From IMG/VR virus record IMGVR_UViG_3300042013_000067, positions 219,623-283,622 of that record: a stretch of 64,000 nt of DNA. One strand, written 5' to 3'. Position 1 is the first letter of the stretch; every line of letters starts with the position of its first letter. The position numbers and the translations under genes were made by a program. Shown piece after piece: positions 24,986-36,243 of this stretch. The notes under the pieces are model-generated. The model did not search any database and had not been told where the DNA came from. It saw nothing but the letters and a program-made list of their open reading frames with translations. The DNA is from a virus (Duplodnaviria > Caudoviricetes).

Positions 24986-26812
24986 CTACACAGCAGGTGA
25001 AACATGACTCTCCCTCAGGTAAGCCCAGTCTGTGCCAATCACACCACCGGAACCTGTGGTTAATCGCTTATGCCCTATGAGTAGCATCGAGTTGGCATCA
25101 ATACCACCGTCCGTGCGTTCCACCAAGTCCCCTTGGATAAAGGAACCGGCGTTACCAGGCAACGCATCCGACACCAGCTTGATTCGACTACCGACAAAGC
25201 GAATGAAACTACCCATGCTGTTGATGGTGTTCATACCGCCAGCTGTGCGGGTTAACCACGGTATCCCATTAACTGCTATACCGTTATCGAACATGAACGT
25301 ACTACCTAGCGTGTGGATATCCACGTAGTGGGTATACGTCCCTGCTACGGTGCCACGGTAGAGTCGAATGATCCCATGGCGTGGGGATGTTGCAAAACCC
25401 ACGTTGAGCACGTTCATCTTGTCCGCTACAGCAGTAAGACTGGCTTCGGCGTTAACTGGGTTGCGACCAAGCGCCCGACCGGCGTCGTAGAGTACCTGTA
25501 CGTTGTAGTAATAGGTACCGACGGCTGCTTTCCATTGATCCACCCCAGTCTTGCGAGTACCCACGGTTTCCACACGTGATGACGCGATACCTTGGAACGC
25601 AGCATCAGCCATACGCACGCCGTAATCCAGCGATACGATGTTGGGGATGTCTACGACGCTTTTACGCGAGGTCAGGTATGAATAGTTGTTGAAGCTAGGG
25701 ATCGGTGTTACGCCGTCGGTTTGACAGATACGAATGCCAGCATGTTGATCTCGTTGGAAGTCACCCATCACGGTCCATTCATGGGCAACGTTATCCACGG
25801 CCAAAGAAACAGAGTCACCTTGCTGTACATGGAAACCCGACCATTCCATCAGTCCTTCGACGTTCCTGAAACGGGTATTCTGCAGCTTAACCGTATACCG
25901 CGACTCGTTTGAGGCCGAGGCAAACGTCCCTTGGGTGATGATTGGAATACGGGTATCTGGTAAGAACTGACTGTCCACTGTTACGTTAGACGAATCGTAG
26001 ATGTGCTGGGCGCGTTCGAAGTGACCGCCGATCAAGTTGATGTTGCCACACAGCTCGATCAAGTAATCCCCACCGATGCAGGCCTCTATGGTCCCACCTT
26101 GAATACCCCGAAGGCGCATGGCCTTCATGGACTCAGCTGTGGCCACTGTGTAAGGACAATGGATGTTCTTGGCCATGAAGCCGTCACCCAGACCCAGAAT
26201 ATCGAACTGATAGGCTAGGTTGTCTTGGGGATTCTCGGCAATGATGTCGCTTAAATGAAAGCTGTCGGTGTAGAAACCAGTCGGTCGCATGATGCTCTGG
26301 GTAAGACCATTGAATCGCATCTGCTCAAACTTACCTGAGCCAAAGCACTTGACGCCTTTTGCACCAGGGACTGCATTGGGGTTAGTAAAGTTGCAACGGC
26401 GAAAACCACCGGTGTTCATGTTCGGATAAGGTGTCGTCCAAGTAACACCATCAGCGGTGTTGATCATGAACAGGCACCCGTCCATGTATGCCCCACCTAG
26501 ATGGTAGAAGGATACGTTCCGTGATTCACAATCGACCCAGAATCCCGCTGGTAAGAATGCCGTAGTCGTTAACCCATAGTCGCCATCGGGAACGAAGACC
26601 GTAAGTTTACCTGCAGCTACTACCCGAGCAAAAGCCGGTTGCCAGTTAATACCATCAGCAGGGCGCCAGAAGTCAACCAGACTGGGTGTTTCATCCAGTC
26701 GACCTGCAATGGTCCGTTCGTTATACCCAACCTCCTGTGCCCCGTTCGGACCTAGTAACGCTAACAGGTTGGGTACGAGTTTTGCCAATTTAGTCATAGC
26801 ACCGATTGACAT
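24986..26812 (-). CDS. tailspike / depolymerase-like protein TSP1 (608 aa)
   Basis: Short N-terminal peptide TKLAKLVPNLL, NGA..VG junction, VFVPDGDY beta-helix entry, Asn/Gly-rich beta repeats. Confidence 0.75.
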   Translation of the reverse strand: MSIGAMTKLAKLVPNLLALLGPNGAQEVGYNERTIAGRLDETPSLVDFWRPADGINWQPAFARVVAAGKLTVFVPDGDYGLTTTAFLPAGFWVDCESRNVSFYHLGGAYMDGCLFMINTADGVTWTTPYPNMNTGGFRRCNFTNPNAVPGAKGVKCFGSGKFEQMRFNGLTQSIMRPTGFYTDSFHLSDIIAENPQDNLAYQFDILGLGDGFMAKNIHCPYTVATAESMKAMRLRGIQGGTIEACIGGDYLIELCGNINLIGGHFERAQHIYDSSNVTVDSQFLPDTRIPIITQGTFASASNESRYTVKLQNTRFRNVEGLMEWSGFHVQQGDSVSLAVDNVAHEWTVMGDFQRDQHAGIRICQTDGVTPIPSFNNYSYLTSRKSVVDIPNIVSLDYGVRMADAAFQGIASSRVETVGTRKTGVDQWKAAVGTYYYNVQVLYDAGRALGRNPVNAEASLTAVADKMNVLNVGFATSPRHGIIRLYRGTVAGTYTHYVDIHTLGSTFMFDNGIAVNGIPWLTRTAGGMNTINSMGSFIRFVGSRIKLVSDALPGNAGSFIQGDLVERTDGGIDANSMLLIGHKRLTTGSGGVIGTDWAYLRESHVSPAV

Positions 26813-26864
26813 ACGTTCACCTCAAAAGTTTAGGGGGTTAGGGGAGGCTAGCCTCCCCCTCCAG

Positions 26865-29201
26865 TTACACAATGACCCGGACGGTGTATCGTTCAAGTGT
26901 CATTGTGTCAGTACCCACCGCTAACTGACCTGTAATAGTTACAGCACACGCCGCTGCTGTATCAATAACAGACGTGTACGGGGCGTTAGCATTAGTACCA
27001 CCTTGCACTTGGCTACTAGCAGCTTCACCTAGTTGACTGTCGGCAGCACCTCTATTCTGGAGCCTTTTGATAAATGCAGCCGATGACGTAGCCGTGGCAG
27101 TAGTCGAGAAGAAGGCACCACCACCAAAGCGATAACGCATTGTTTTGGTGTTGGCGTTGTTACTGTAGCTGAACACCGCATCAACTTCAACGATACCGTT
27201 AAGGCCCATCAGGCCCGGCGGGATGTTTACAGTGACAAACGTGTGTTCGGTGGTGATCGTGCCGGGGTGTGGTCGTGCCACCGCACTGGTTTCCAGTACG
27301 ATAGTCTTAGGTTCAGAACCATAGCTACGAGCCAGTTCAACCCACGCAACACCATCAAACTGGAGCGTCAGTGTCCCCTTAGCGTTCTTCGGCGTAAAAT
27401 CACGACCATCTTGCAAGTAAATGTTACCGTTACTGGCAATGGTGGTCAGGTTGTTGGAGAACGAAAGCCGCAACACCTGTTTGGTCTTACCACCCAGAAT
27501 GTTGGTCACCGTCAGTGGTGTCGGGTTGTTGAAGTTCATGTTATCGATCGAGTCTGACGCCCATGCACCACCCATGGAAACGGTTGGTGTGGTTTGACCC
27601 GCGTTGCTGAGGTAGCCACCTGCCGCATAACGAGAGAACTGCTCGATAGCCGCATCGTTGAACTGCACCAGTGGGTTCTGGTTAAATACCGCGTCGGTAC
27701 ATTCGAACTTTTGGATAGCAGGCGCTGGGCCATACGAACAAAAACCGGTTCCATACAAGGCGCCGTATTCACGAACCGTACGGATCAACGGACGGATGAT
27801 GTGCATGTTGGTTACCAGTTCTGCGTTATACGCAAGACCGTTACCCATGGTGTTGAAGGTCATCCCTTCGATGGTGATACAGTCGCCGTCCTGGATATGG
27901 ATCGCGTAGCTGTCGTAGGACCCATCTTCGATCGTACCGCACCCGGTGATGTAGTTCTGCGAGAACTTGACGTTACGCACCAAATCGTTCGCCAACATCC
28001 CCGGTTCGTATTCTCTACTGATCCTGATGGCGTTTTTACGGGAACCCTCAAACTGTTGCCCGATGGAGGTAAACGAAATAACACCCCCATCCAACCACAA
28101 ACCATGGTGGTCAGCCAACGAGGTTTGACCCCCAATAAAGACCAGAGGACCGAACGTACCTTGCACGGCACCGCGACGACCAATGCGAATACCATAACCC
28201 ATCTTGTAGCAATCGACGTTGGTGTAGCACTTCATGTTCGTCTGGCCGAACGTACCGTCAGTGGTGATGTCCAGACCGACGCCGGTCCACGTACCGTCAC
28301 CAGTGGCGCCACCGCGGATCAATCCGTTGATGTGAGTCGCTTCCCACGTGGTCGACTCGACGATGCCATTACCAGCAGGGTTCTGCACTTTAACCGTGTA
28401 GTTCTGTAGTAGGATGCTACCTTGCGAACCTTGTAAGCGCAAAACGTCAGAAGTCGACGTACCGCCTACGAGGTTGAAGTTCACCAGCGAGAAGTACCCA
28501 CCCATCCCGGATGGGTTTTCCATGGAGAAAAGACCCTTGAGATCCACCAGTGGTGTATTCGACCCATCGATGTGCACAAAGGCAGTGCCGGGTTCTTCCA
28601 GTGCACCTGTCGCGTGCCCGTTACCATGGCCCATGATACTGACACGGCCAGCACGGTTTGGCCAATCTGGGTTGAGTACTGCATCGTAATACAGACGCAG
28701 TGTGTCAGTTAGGTACTTACGACCAGCCATTGGTCGCAGGATCGAGCCCTTGCGGTTGCAGAAAGACAGGGCCGCTTGCAGTGCCAAAGTATTCAACGTA
28801 CCCTGCTTGGTGTCCCAACTATAGTCACCCACAGCACCGAAGTACTCAGGGCGAACTTCATCCGTCAGAACCCGCTTCCAACGACCGGCACCTGCGTTAC
28901 CCGGTGGATTGACCACCATGCATCCATCGTGGGCTTCGTTGCTGTTACCTGCCCAGTACCAATCGCCTTCGCCCCCGTCACCCACGGTGTAGAAACCACC
29001 GACGTAGATGACTAAGGTTCGCCCTGCCGCTACTACCGGAATCGGCAATACCAAGAGCGACGCCATATTCAGAAGGGAGATCTTGGCCGAAGCCAAGTTT
29101 AAGCCAGCTGGACTCCCGATTTCCGCGGCGCCATCATTAGTAGCCAGCTTCAGTAGGTTGGGTACTACCTTTGCTAATTTCGTGAGCAGACCAACACCCA
29201 T
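26865..29201 (-). CDS. tailspike / depolymerase-like protein TSP2
   Basis: TKLAKVVPNLL peptide, GFYTVGDGGEG...GRWKRV...PEYFGAVGD module, beta-helix, C-terminal beta-sandwich; start revised to ATG 29201 (GGAGG SD). Confidence 0.8.
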   Translation of the reverse strand: MGVGLLTKLAKVVPNLLKLATNDGAAEIGSPAGLNLASAKISLLNMASLLVLPIPVVAAGRTLVIYVGGFYTVGDGGEGDWYWAGNSNEAHDGCMVVNPPGNAGAGRWKRVLTDEVRPEYFGAVGDYSWDTKQGTLNTLALQAALSFCNRKGSILRPMAGRKYLTDTLRLYYDAVLNPDWPNRAGRVSIMGHGNGHATGALEEPGTAFVHIDGSNTPLVDLKGLFSMENPSGMGGYFSLVNFNLVGGTSTSDVLRLQGSQGSILLQNYTVKVQNPAGNGIVESTTWEATHINGLIRGGATGDGTWTGVGLDITTDGTFGQTNMKCYTNVDCYKMGYGIRIGRRGAVQGTFGPLVFIGGQTSLADHHGLWLDGGVISFTSIGQQFEGSRKNAIRISREYEPGMLANDLVRNVKFSQNYITGCGTIEDGSYDSYAIHIQDGDCITIEGMTFNTMGNGLAYNAELVTNMHIIRPLIRTVREYGALYGTGFCSYGPAPAIQKFECTDAVFNQNPLVQFNDAAIEQFSRYAAGGYLSNAGQTTPTVSMGGAWASDSIDNMNFNNPTPLTVTNILGGKTKQVLRLSFSNNLTTIASNGNIYLQDGRDFTPKNAKGTLTLQFDGVAWVELARSYGSEPKTIVLETSAVARPHPGTITTEHTFVTVNIPPGLMGLNGIVEVDAVFSYSNNANTKTMRYRFGGGAFFSTTATATSSAAFIKRLQNRGAADSQLGEAASSQVQGGTNANAPYTSVIDTAAACAVTITGQLAVGTDTMTLERYTVRVIV

Positions 29202-29294
29202 ACACACCTCCAAAATGAAGGACCCTTATCCAGAGCCCCGAGTGAATCGTCAAGACCCTGAAACCAATATTTTTGGAAAGGGTCATACAACCTC

Positions 29295-31571
29295 CTATGT
29301 TTGACTACCGACAACGGTTCCGTCGGTATCACTGGTGGGAGCACCGCTCTTTATCCGCAGTCGCCCAGTCGCATCGACCCAGATATAGTAGCCGCCCAAC
29401 TTCAGCGGTTCAGCCCCGTTATATGACGAGGTAAAGGCCACAGCCCCTGTTAAGCAACGGATACCAACCCAGTCCGTCCCGGCAACGTGGTTGCTGCCTG
29501 TGGTCAAACGCCGCCAACCGAGCGTGGTGTAAGGGGTGCCGTTGTTGATCAGAGCAGGGGATTCGTTCAGCACTAGGTCACCCAGTGTGTAACTCCCAGT
29601 TGTAGGGAAGGTACTACCCCAACCAACGTGTCGAGTAGACAGCACGACCCTTAACCACTGGGCCTGTGGTGACAACCAGACTTGGTCGAATTGACCATCT
29701 GGGTTATCCATGTTAAGTTCTTTTCTGAGCAGTAGGTTCTTGCCGTAATAGCCTGGTTTGCTAGCGTATACGGACGACCATGCCGCTTCCGTGACTTCGT
29801 GCGTTCCTGGATCAACAGCGGAGTACACATCCGCCACGTAAGGTTGGTCAATCTGGGTGGTATAAACGTTGTTGTTGGCAATGCGACCAGACGACCGATT
29901 GCCAGCGGTCCCGGTGACCTGAAAACCGATGCTGTTGTCGATGACGTAGACGCCAGCCTCCGACACGTTGTTTAACCCTAGGTCAAACCCCTTGACCTGA
30001 TCGATAGCCACGTGGATCTGCGCATCTTTCATGTCGTTGTTTTTGATCTCCAATCCGGTGATCAAAGCAACGTTGATATGCGTCGCCGCGACAAAGCTAC
30101 CATCGGGTTGTTTACCGGCGCTCTCGAAGTGACAGTTCTGCACAGCTAGGTTGCGCATGTTACCAGACACACAGGACAGTGAACCTAGGGCATTGCTGCC
30201 AAAGCTCACGTGCTCGAATTGGACGTTGTCGCAGATGTTGCCATCGTGAATCAAGACCGCCCCTTTGCCCGCCATGCGTTGAATCAACCCATTGTGGATC
30301 TTGAGGTTGGAGCTGTTCCATTCGTCCCCGGCACCCGAATTCTTCGAACCGTACACCAAGCCATATTGGCCTTGTGGAAGTGAACCACCCCCAGAGATGT
30401 TAAACTTCTCTAGGTCAACGTTGAAGTAGTTCCGGATCTCGATTAGACGTGACGCCGCATTAGCGAACGAATCACACGAAATGCCGTACAGCTTCACCCG
30501 GTTGACGCGGTCCAGATAAATGCCGCCGATAGAGGTTGGGTTGTTTTGTGCTGTGATTCGGAAGTTGCTCAATTCAAATTGGGTGATAGGGGTGTTGTCT
30601 TCCGTGCCCAAGCCGGTGATGTTTAAGAAATGACCAGGTCCCGTGTAGAGCAATCGATTTCGTCGCGTGGCGCAGCCTGCAATACTCACGCCACGTTGGT
30701 CGGTGATCATCGTGTGGTCAACATAGACCTGCCCAGCAAAAGGCACGTTGAACAGCTCCCAAGGTAGCTCAATCACAAAACCATTGTCGGCTGCCGACTC
30801 TAGCGCTTTTTGGAACTTATCGGTGTTGACAATACCGGTGTTACCCGATGAGACACCAAACCGTTTGACGGACACGCGTTCACTCAGTACGTCCGCGACG
30901 TCCCCACTTTCGAGGCCTTCCCCTGGATAACTGGGGAGGTAACCTAAACTCTCGGCGCCTTGTGGTGACATCAAAGTCTGGCGTAAACTAACGTCTTCCG
31001 CCTGTAACAACTTACTTTGGTCTGTTGCCCACGTACTGGTAGTAAAGGGCAGTGCGGCGCGCACGGGTCGGTAGTTGACATCCAGATACCGCACCACCTG
31101 GGTTGTCCGCACCAGTTCGATACCGGCCGCATAGGGAACTTCAGCTTCCAGCCCCAAAGAGTCTAAGTAAGACAGGTAGTCTTGAGTGCGCTTTTCTTTC
31201 TCAGCCCCAAACAACGTATCGAGCTGTTCCCACATGTGATCATAACGGGCGTTGACGATGACACGCATCTGCTGCCCATCGGCGTAGGTTTCTGGGGACA
31301 CCAAGGTAAACTTGTGCATGGTGTCAACAGTGAACGCGTATTCAATTACGCCTTCAATCCACAGCGCCATTCCCGCGGTGGTGATAGTGGCATCACCAGA
31401 GATGACACCAACATCGTACTGGGTTTGACCTGCCACGTAAGTAAACGGGTATGCCGCGTTAACCTTGAGTTTGGCACCAGCAGCGACTATGGCGGCGGTT
31501 GCCTTTTGTTTTAACTCAGTGGTACTGGCTGCAAGATCAGCCACAGCCTGTGTCAATTGTTCGTAGGACAT
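29295..31571 (-). CDS. tailspike / depolymerase-like protein TSP3 (758 aa)
   Basis: MSYEQL N-terminus, tailspike head-binding-like segment (Y.AG....R..Q.V....V.YRP..LPFTT..W..D), SVKRFG beta-helix start, C-terminal WVDATGRLRIKSGAPTSDTDG. Confidence 0.82.
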   Translation of the reverse strand: MSYEQLTQAVADLAASTTELKQKATAAIVAAGAKLKVNAAYPFTYVAGQTQYDVGVISGDATITTAGMALWIEGVIEYAFTVDTMHKFTLVSPETYADGQQMRVIVNARYDHMWEQLDTLFGAEKEKRTQDYLSYLDSLGLEAEVPYAAGIELVRTTQVVRYLDVNYRPVRAALPFTTSTWATDQSKLLQAEDVSLRQTLMSPQGAESLGYLPSYPGEGLESGDVADVLSERVSVKRFGVSSGNTGIVNTDKFQKALESAADNGFVIELPWELFNVPFAGQVYVDHTMITDQRGVSIAGCATRRNRLLYTGPGHFLNITGLGTEDNTPITQFELSNFRITAQNNPTSIGGIYLDRVNRVKLYGISCDSFANAASRLIEIRNYFNVDLEKFNISGGGSLPQGQYGLVYGSKNSGAGDEWNSSNLKIHNGLIQRMAGKGAVLIHDGNICDNVQFEHVSFGSNALGSLSCVSGNMRNLAVQNCHFESAGKQPDGSFVAATHINVALITGLEIKNNDMKDAQIHVAIDQVKGFDLGLNNVSEAGVYVIDNSIGFQVTGTAGNRSSGRIANNNVYTTQIDQPYVADVYSAVDPGTHEVTEAAWSSVYASKPGYYGKNLLLRKELNMDNPDGQFDQVWLSPQAQWLRVVLSTRHVGWGSTFPTTGSYTLGDLVLNESPALINNGTPYTTLGWRRLTTGSNHVAGTDWVGIRCLTGAVAFTSSYNGAEPLKLGGYYIWVDATGRLRIKSGAPTSDTDGTVVGSQT

Positions 31572-34269
31572 GATACCTCCATGTTAGCAGTGTAAAGCTC
31601 CCCCTTGCGGAGGAGCTCGGGTAACGATTAACCAACGTACTAACTGGTCCCCATTAAGAAGCACGCCGCCAGAAGGAACCATCCCAGATCAACGTCTTGG
31701 CTTCTCCGGGTGCGAGCACGACCGACGAACCAGTGATCACAAGACCGGATGAGTTGTTGATGATGGTGATATTCTGCGTAGACGAGCTATGGTTATTCAC
31801 GACCAGCATTTGCCCGACAAAGGCACCCCGCGTGACGGAGTTAAGCTGTACTCCAGTCAGTGAGGTTTGCACCTTCACGAAGATGACGGGATCACCTGCG
31901 TTCTGAAGGTTGATACTGTTGTTCCCCGTGACCGTAGGGTTGCCATCCACATACGACCGCAGTCGCAATGGGTATTGCGTGCTACCCACACGGATTTTGG
32001 CGAAAGGCTTGGGGTTGGTAGCGATCAGACCTAAGAACGGCGTGCCCGTCCATGTGTCCAGATGTACGTCCCATTCAGAATTGATGTCGTAAGTGGCCGA
32101 CGAACTAGCCAGATACGACACGTGGGAAGCACCCGTGACGCGCAGCTTAGCCCGACACACCGTGAGGTCAGCGGTATGCTTGGCCAAGACGTGGCCAGAC
32201 CCAGTGTTGATGTACACATCACCATCTAAGCAATCAAGCACCGCACCTTCACCCAGCTCGAAAAGCTGACCACCGTTCTGGTATGGCGAGAAGTTCAGGT
32301 TCAGGTACTTCACGATGACAGACGAATACGTGGTCAAGATCACGTTATCGTGCGTGGTGTCTACATCCAAGTTGTCGATCACGACCTTGTTCTTGAACAA
32401 GGCATTCCCGGAGATACTGACCGGCAGGGCACCCTGTTCTGTCTTGATCCGCATCTGACCGATACTGAGGAAACTATCGGAGGTTTTGGACGCACACGAA
32501 ATGGCCAGACCCACCTTGGAGTTGATCACTTCCAGACTGTCAATACGAGCCGAGTTACCCCGGATCTGAAGGCCAGCACCACCAGTGGCATTACCCCGGT
32601 AGTCATTGAGTACGGTAATGGTCCCGAAATGTGGTTTGTAAGCCGGGCTGTGCGTGTCCACGCCGTTGGCGTTGCCCTGCATGACGACGTTGCGCACCTT
32701 CGGATACATGCTCCGACCACTTAGGTCCCAGCGGCCATCACCGGCTACCCGATTGGGTGTGGTGGTGGTGAAGCCGTGACGAGCGTGGTGGCTCACGATG
32801 GTATCGACCTGCGTACCAAAACTGGCACTGTCATTGAAGACGTACCCGTATTGCGCCTGTGTAGGTTCGTTGTGTAGGGCATCACCTGCTACGATACCCA
32901 CTTGGGCAAAGTAGCAACTGGTCAGGTTGAAGAACGTGGCGTTGAGGTCATTACCCTCATACGCACCTAACAACATGGGTTTGATGAACCCCCGTACGTT
33001 GAAGGCGGCTGCGTTATTGACGGTACTGTCATCAGTGTAGATATACGGACCGGTCTCGACGTGCATACGTGCTTTCGAGGGCTTGGCCAGCATGATGCCG
33101 GTGGTGTAGTTCTCGACCAACCCACCCGTGGCGTAGACGAAATCTCCGTCGACCTTACCCACTACAAACCACTCACCGATCATCTGGCTGCTGCCATCGG
33201 TGTCAGGCACAATATCATCACTGAAGATCTTGGCGATGTCACCCACAACAAAATCGTGGCCAGGTGCTTCCATCATCGACACGAAACTGTTCGTCGTACC
33301 ATCACCCAAGTTCACCGAAACTTTGGTTAACGATGTCACTGCCACCAGAGCCGAAGACAGGGTGTTGTAGAAGGAGAATGGTACGATGTTGCCGATCTGG
33401 TGGAACTTGGCACCATTGAAACTTACACGCAGACTATCGCCATCCCCTAGTGTGGTTACGATGGCAGCGTTAATGGCGTAAGTCTTGGAACTGTCGAATT
33501 GGACACAACGACCGGTCTCTACCCCATCAGCCAATGCGGCGATGATCGCCGGGGTATCCACCGCAGCGTCACCCCCAACTGCGCCATGCATCTCTGGCGT
33601 GATCCAGTTAATAGCGTCCTGTACTTTACCCCCTTGCTTCAGACTTACGATCTCTGCACCATTACTGCCGAGGGCTTGACGCAATGTAATATCTTCGGCT
33701 TGTATCAGTTTGGCCGAGTCTACAGCCCACGTGCTGGTGGTGAATGGCAGCGCTGAGCGCAACGGACGGTAGTTAACGTCTAGGTAACGCACTACCTGCG
33801 TAGGACGTACTAGTGAAATGCCTGCAACATACGGCACCTCAGCTTCTAGTCCTAGGGTATTCAGGTAATTCAAATAGTCTTGTAGGCGTTTATCCTTCTC
33901 GTCAGCGTACAGTGAGTCGAGTTGGTCGAACACATGGTCATAACGGGCATTGACGATAATCCGCATCTGCTGACCGTCAGCGTAAATCTCCGGCGTTAGC
34001 AGGGTGAATTTCTTCAGTGAGTCAACCGTAAAGGCGTATTCGATCCCTGCTTCAATCCACAGGACCATACCGGCAGTAGTGATCGTGGCATCGCCGGAGA
34101 TCACCTCGACGTCATACTGGGATTGTCCAGCTACAAAGGTAAATGGATAGGAGGCGTTTACCTTAATCTTGGCAGTAGCCGCGACTAAGACCTCCTCCAC
34201 CCTTTGTGCTAACTCGGCATTGCCGACGGCTAAGTCTGTTACCGACTGCGCCAATTGTTCATACGACAT
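30978..34269 (-). repeat. duplicated ~595-bp 5' module of TSP3 (30978-31571) and TSP4 (33676-34269)
   Basis: Colinear protein similarity, e.g. KVNAAYPFTYVAGQTQYDV vs KVNASYPFTFVAGQSQYDV. Confidence 0.85.
31654..34269 (-). CDS. tailspike / depolymerase-like protein TSP4 (871 aa)
   Basis: About 200-aa N-terminal module homologous to TSP3, ITPEMHGAVG..DT.AI pectate-lyase-3-like start, long beta-helix. Confidence 0.82.
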   Translation of the reverse strand: MSYEQLAQSVTDLAVGNAELAQRVEEVLVAATAKIKVNASYPFTFVAGQSQYDVEVISGDATITTAGMVLWIEAGIEYAFTVDSLKKFTLLTPEIYADGQQMRIIVNARYDHVFDQLDSLYADEKDKRLQDYLNYLNTLGLEAEVPYVAGISLVRPTQVVRYLDVNYRPLRSALPFTTSTWAVDSAKLIQAEDITLRQALGSNGAEIVSLKQGGKVQDAINWITPEMHGAVGGDAAVDTPAIIAALADGVETGRCVQFDSSKTYAINAAIVTTLGDGDSLRVSFNGAKFHQIGNIVPFSFYNTLSSALVAVTSLTKVSVNLGDGTTNSFVSMMEAPGHDFVVGDIAKIFSDDIVPDTDGSSQMIGEWFVVGKVDGDFVYATGGLVENYTTGIMLAKPSKARMHVETGPYIYTDDSTVNNAAAFNVRGFIKPMLLGAYEGNDLNATFFNLTSCYFAQVGIVAGDALHNEPTQAQYGYVFNDSASFGTQVDTIVSHHARHGFTTTTPNRVAGDGRWDLSGRSMYPKVRNVVMQGNANGVDTHSPAYKPHFGTITVLNDYRGNATGGAGLQIRGNSARIDSLEVINSKVGLAISCASKTSDSFLSIGQMRIKTEQGALPVSISGNALFKNKVVIDNLDVDTTHDNVILTTYSSVIVKYLNLNFSPYQNGGQLFELGEGAVLDCLDGDVYINTGSGHVLAKHTADLTVCRAKLRVTGASHVSYLASSSATYDINSEWDVHLDTWTGTPFLGLIATNPKPFAKIRVGSTQYPLRLRSYVDGNPTVTGNNSINLQNAGDPVIFVKVQTSLTGVQLNSVTRGAFVGQMLVVNNHSSSTQNITIINNSSGLVITGSSVVLAPGEAKTLIWDGSFWRRAS

Positions 34270-34287
34270 AATACCTCCAATTAGCTA

Positions 34288-36243
34288 TTAGTAAGCCCAG
34301 TAGTAGACTGCCGTCATATCCAAGGCTAGATCGGGGGTGGTGTCATTGGCTGCGACCAGACGAATTTGGACGTCGGTGGCATTGATGTCCATTTGCTTGT
34401 CGATTGCGATCCAGTGCCACTGGTTGTCATTGGGGATGATCTCCACAAATGTATTGACGCCATCGAATAGCTGAACCCGCTGGTTACCCAGATAGGTCGA
34501 TCCAGACCCTTTGAACCAACCACCACAATAAAGACGACGTCCCTTGTACTTATCCTTGTCCAAGATCACTTGGATACCGCTCACCCCAACGGCACCTGAA
34601 ACGATGTGTGCCCCAGAAATGTATTTACCTGTAGTCATCCCAACCGGAGTGATCTGGGTAGGTACGGCATTACCGCGAACCGAGAATCCATCTGGCACGC
34701 CAGTGGTCCATTTGGTAAACAGTGGGTTAACCGTCAGGTTTTCTATGTGCCTAGCGTGACCACGCGCTGGCGACAGAGCGTTGTTCATGGCGGACACGTT
34801 GATGTACGCACGGGCTCGGTCATTCATCCCGTCTAAGTAAGAGGAGGCGAAGCTCAGGTCACCGATGTTACCGATGCCTGTGGCGGTGTCTTCCATGGCG
34901 ATGCCATATCGGAGCATACCCGCACTGCCGCGCAGACGTACTTGGTCGAAGGACAAACTACGGCATTCACCACGGATGATGATGTCATCGGTTGGTACTA
35001 ACGCAGTCAGGCAGTTGTTGATAGAAATCAACTTGTTGATCACTACGTCGTCACCACCGTTGACCAATAACCCGCCGTTCCCCGCACCGTCAACTTGCAG
35101 TCGGTCAATGGTAATGGACGTGCCTTGAATCTCAGCGTTAATATCCTGACAACCCCAGACATCGACGTCACGGAAACGACAGGCCCCGCCGGTATAAAGG
35201 AAGCCACGTTCCCTAGCGAACCCGCAAAGAATCCGATTGGAGTCCCAATCGACGGCTTCAATCACCACGCCGTATTGGCCATCGCCGGCCAGCTGCGCAA
35301 GCTTCTCCTCTTCAGTACCGGTAGCTACACCGATGCCGTTACGAACAAAGACCTCATGGGAGGACCCTTCTTTGTGACCGGGTTTGACCCATAGTCCCGC
35401 ACCTAACCCTCGTTTATAAACGAAGACATTACGGATCTTAGTGCCTACCCGCTGCACGCCATCGGTGTCGCTACAGTGGATACCGTGGCCGGACACTTGC
35501 AATGCATTATCGATGATAAAACTATGCAGGCTGTTATTGAAGGCATTCGATCGAACCAGCACAGCATCGCCAGTGATTGCACCAAAACGTAGTGTGGCTA
35601 AACCACGTAAGTTACCCGTGACCACATGCTGTACCGACATGGCGTTACCCACATCCGTCTTCAGCTCGACACCAGACTTAATCTCTAGCGTCGTCAGACC
35701 CATTTCGTAGACTAGATTCGGAACTAAGGTAACATCACGACCACCACTGGCAGACGCAAAGTCGATGAATGCCTGCAACATATCCCCAGTCAGGCATATG
35801 AACTTGTTACGGAGGAGGAACTCGCCAATGGTCATTGGCGGACCGACCGGCTGAACCAAACCGATAAGCGGCGCGCCATCCGCGGCCAAGATCGCCATGT
35901 TGGTATTGGCAGTCTCTTCCGCAGCCAGTGCAGAATCGGCTGCTTCGAGTGCTGCCTGCCGAGCTTGCAGTGTTAAGCCTTGAGTTGACGACAAGGCAGT
36001 CAAGACATTCACGGCGAATGCCTCAGCCGAGTTACGCGATGCGACCGTCTGCTCGGTTGCTTCTTGGGTTGCTGCTACAGCGATATCAACGGCAACTTTC
36101 GCTGTGGTGGCCTGATCGGCTGCTGTTTGTGCCGTGTTGGAAGAAAGCTCAGCGGCTTCTACAGCTGTTATAGCTCGCTGAGTGAGTTCAGCATTGCTGG
36201 TGCCCAGATCCGTTACGGCCTGAGTCAAAAGTTCATACGACAT
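34288..36243 (-). CDS. tailspike / depolymerase-like protein TSP5 (651 aa)
   Basis: MSYELL N-terminus, Ala-rich coiled coil, DGAPLIG junction, beta-helix, C-terminal CBM-like domain. Confidence 0.75.
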   Translation of the reverse strand: MSYELLTQAVTDLGTSNAELTQRAITAVEAAELSSNTAQTAADQATTAKVAVDIAVAATQEATEQTVASRNSAEAFAVNVLTALSSTQGLTLQARQAALEAADSALAAEETANTNMAILAADGAPLIGLVQPVGPPMTIGEFLLRNKFICLTGDMLQAFIDFASASGGRDVTLVPNLVYEMGLTTLEIKSGVELKTDVGNAMSVQHVVTGNLRGLATLRFGAITGDAVLVRSNAFNNSLHSFIIDNALQVSGHGIHCSDTDGVQRVGTKIRNVFVYKRGLGAGLWVKPGHKEGSSHEVFVRNGIGVATGTEEEKLAQLAGDGQYGVVIEAVDWDSNRILCGFARERGFLYTGGACRFRDVDVWGCQDINAEIQGTSITIDRLQVDGAGNGGLLVNGGDDVVINKLISINNCLTALVPTDDIIIRGECRSLSFDQVRLRGSAGMLRYGIAMEDTATGIGNIGDLSFASSYLDGMNDRARAYINVSAMNNALSPARGHARHIENLTVNPLFTKWTTGVPDGFSVRGNAVPTQITPVGMTTGKYISGAHIVSGAVGVSGIQVILDKDKYKGRRLYCGGWFKGSGSTYLGNQRVQLFDGVNTFVEIIPNDNQWHWIAIDKQMDINATDVQIRLVAANDTTPDLALDMTAVYYWAY

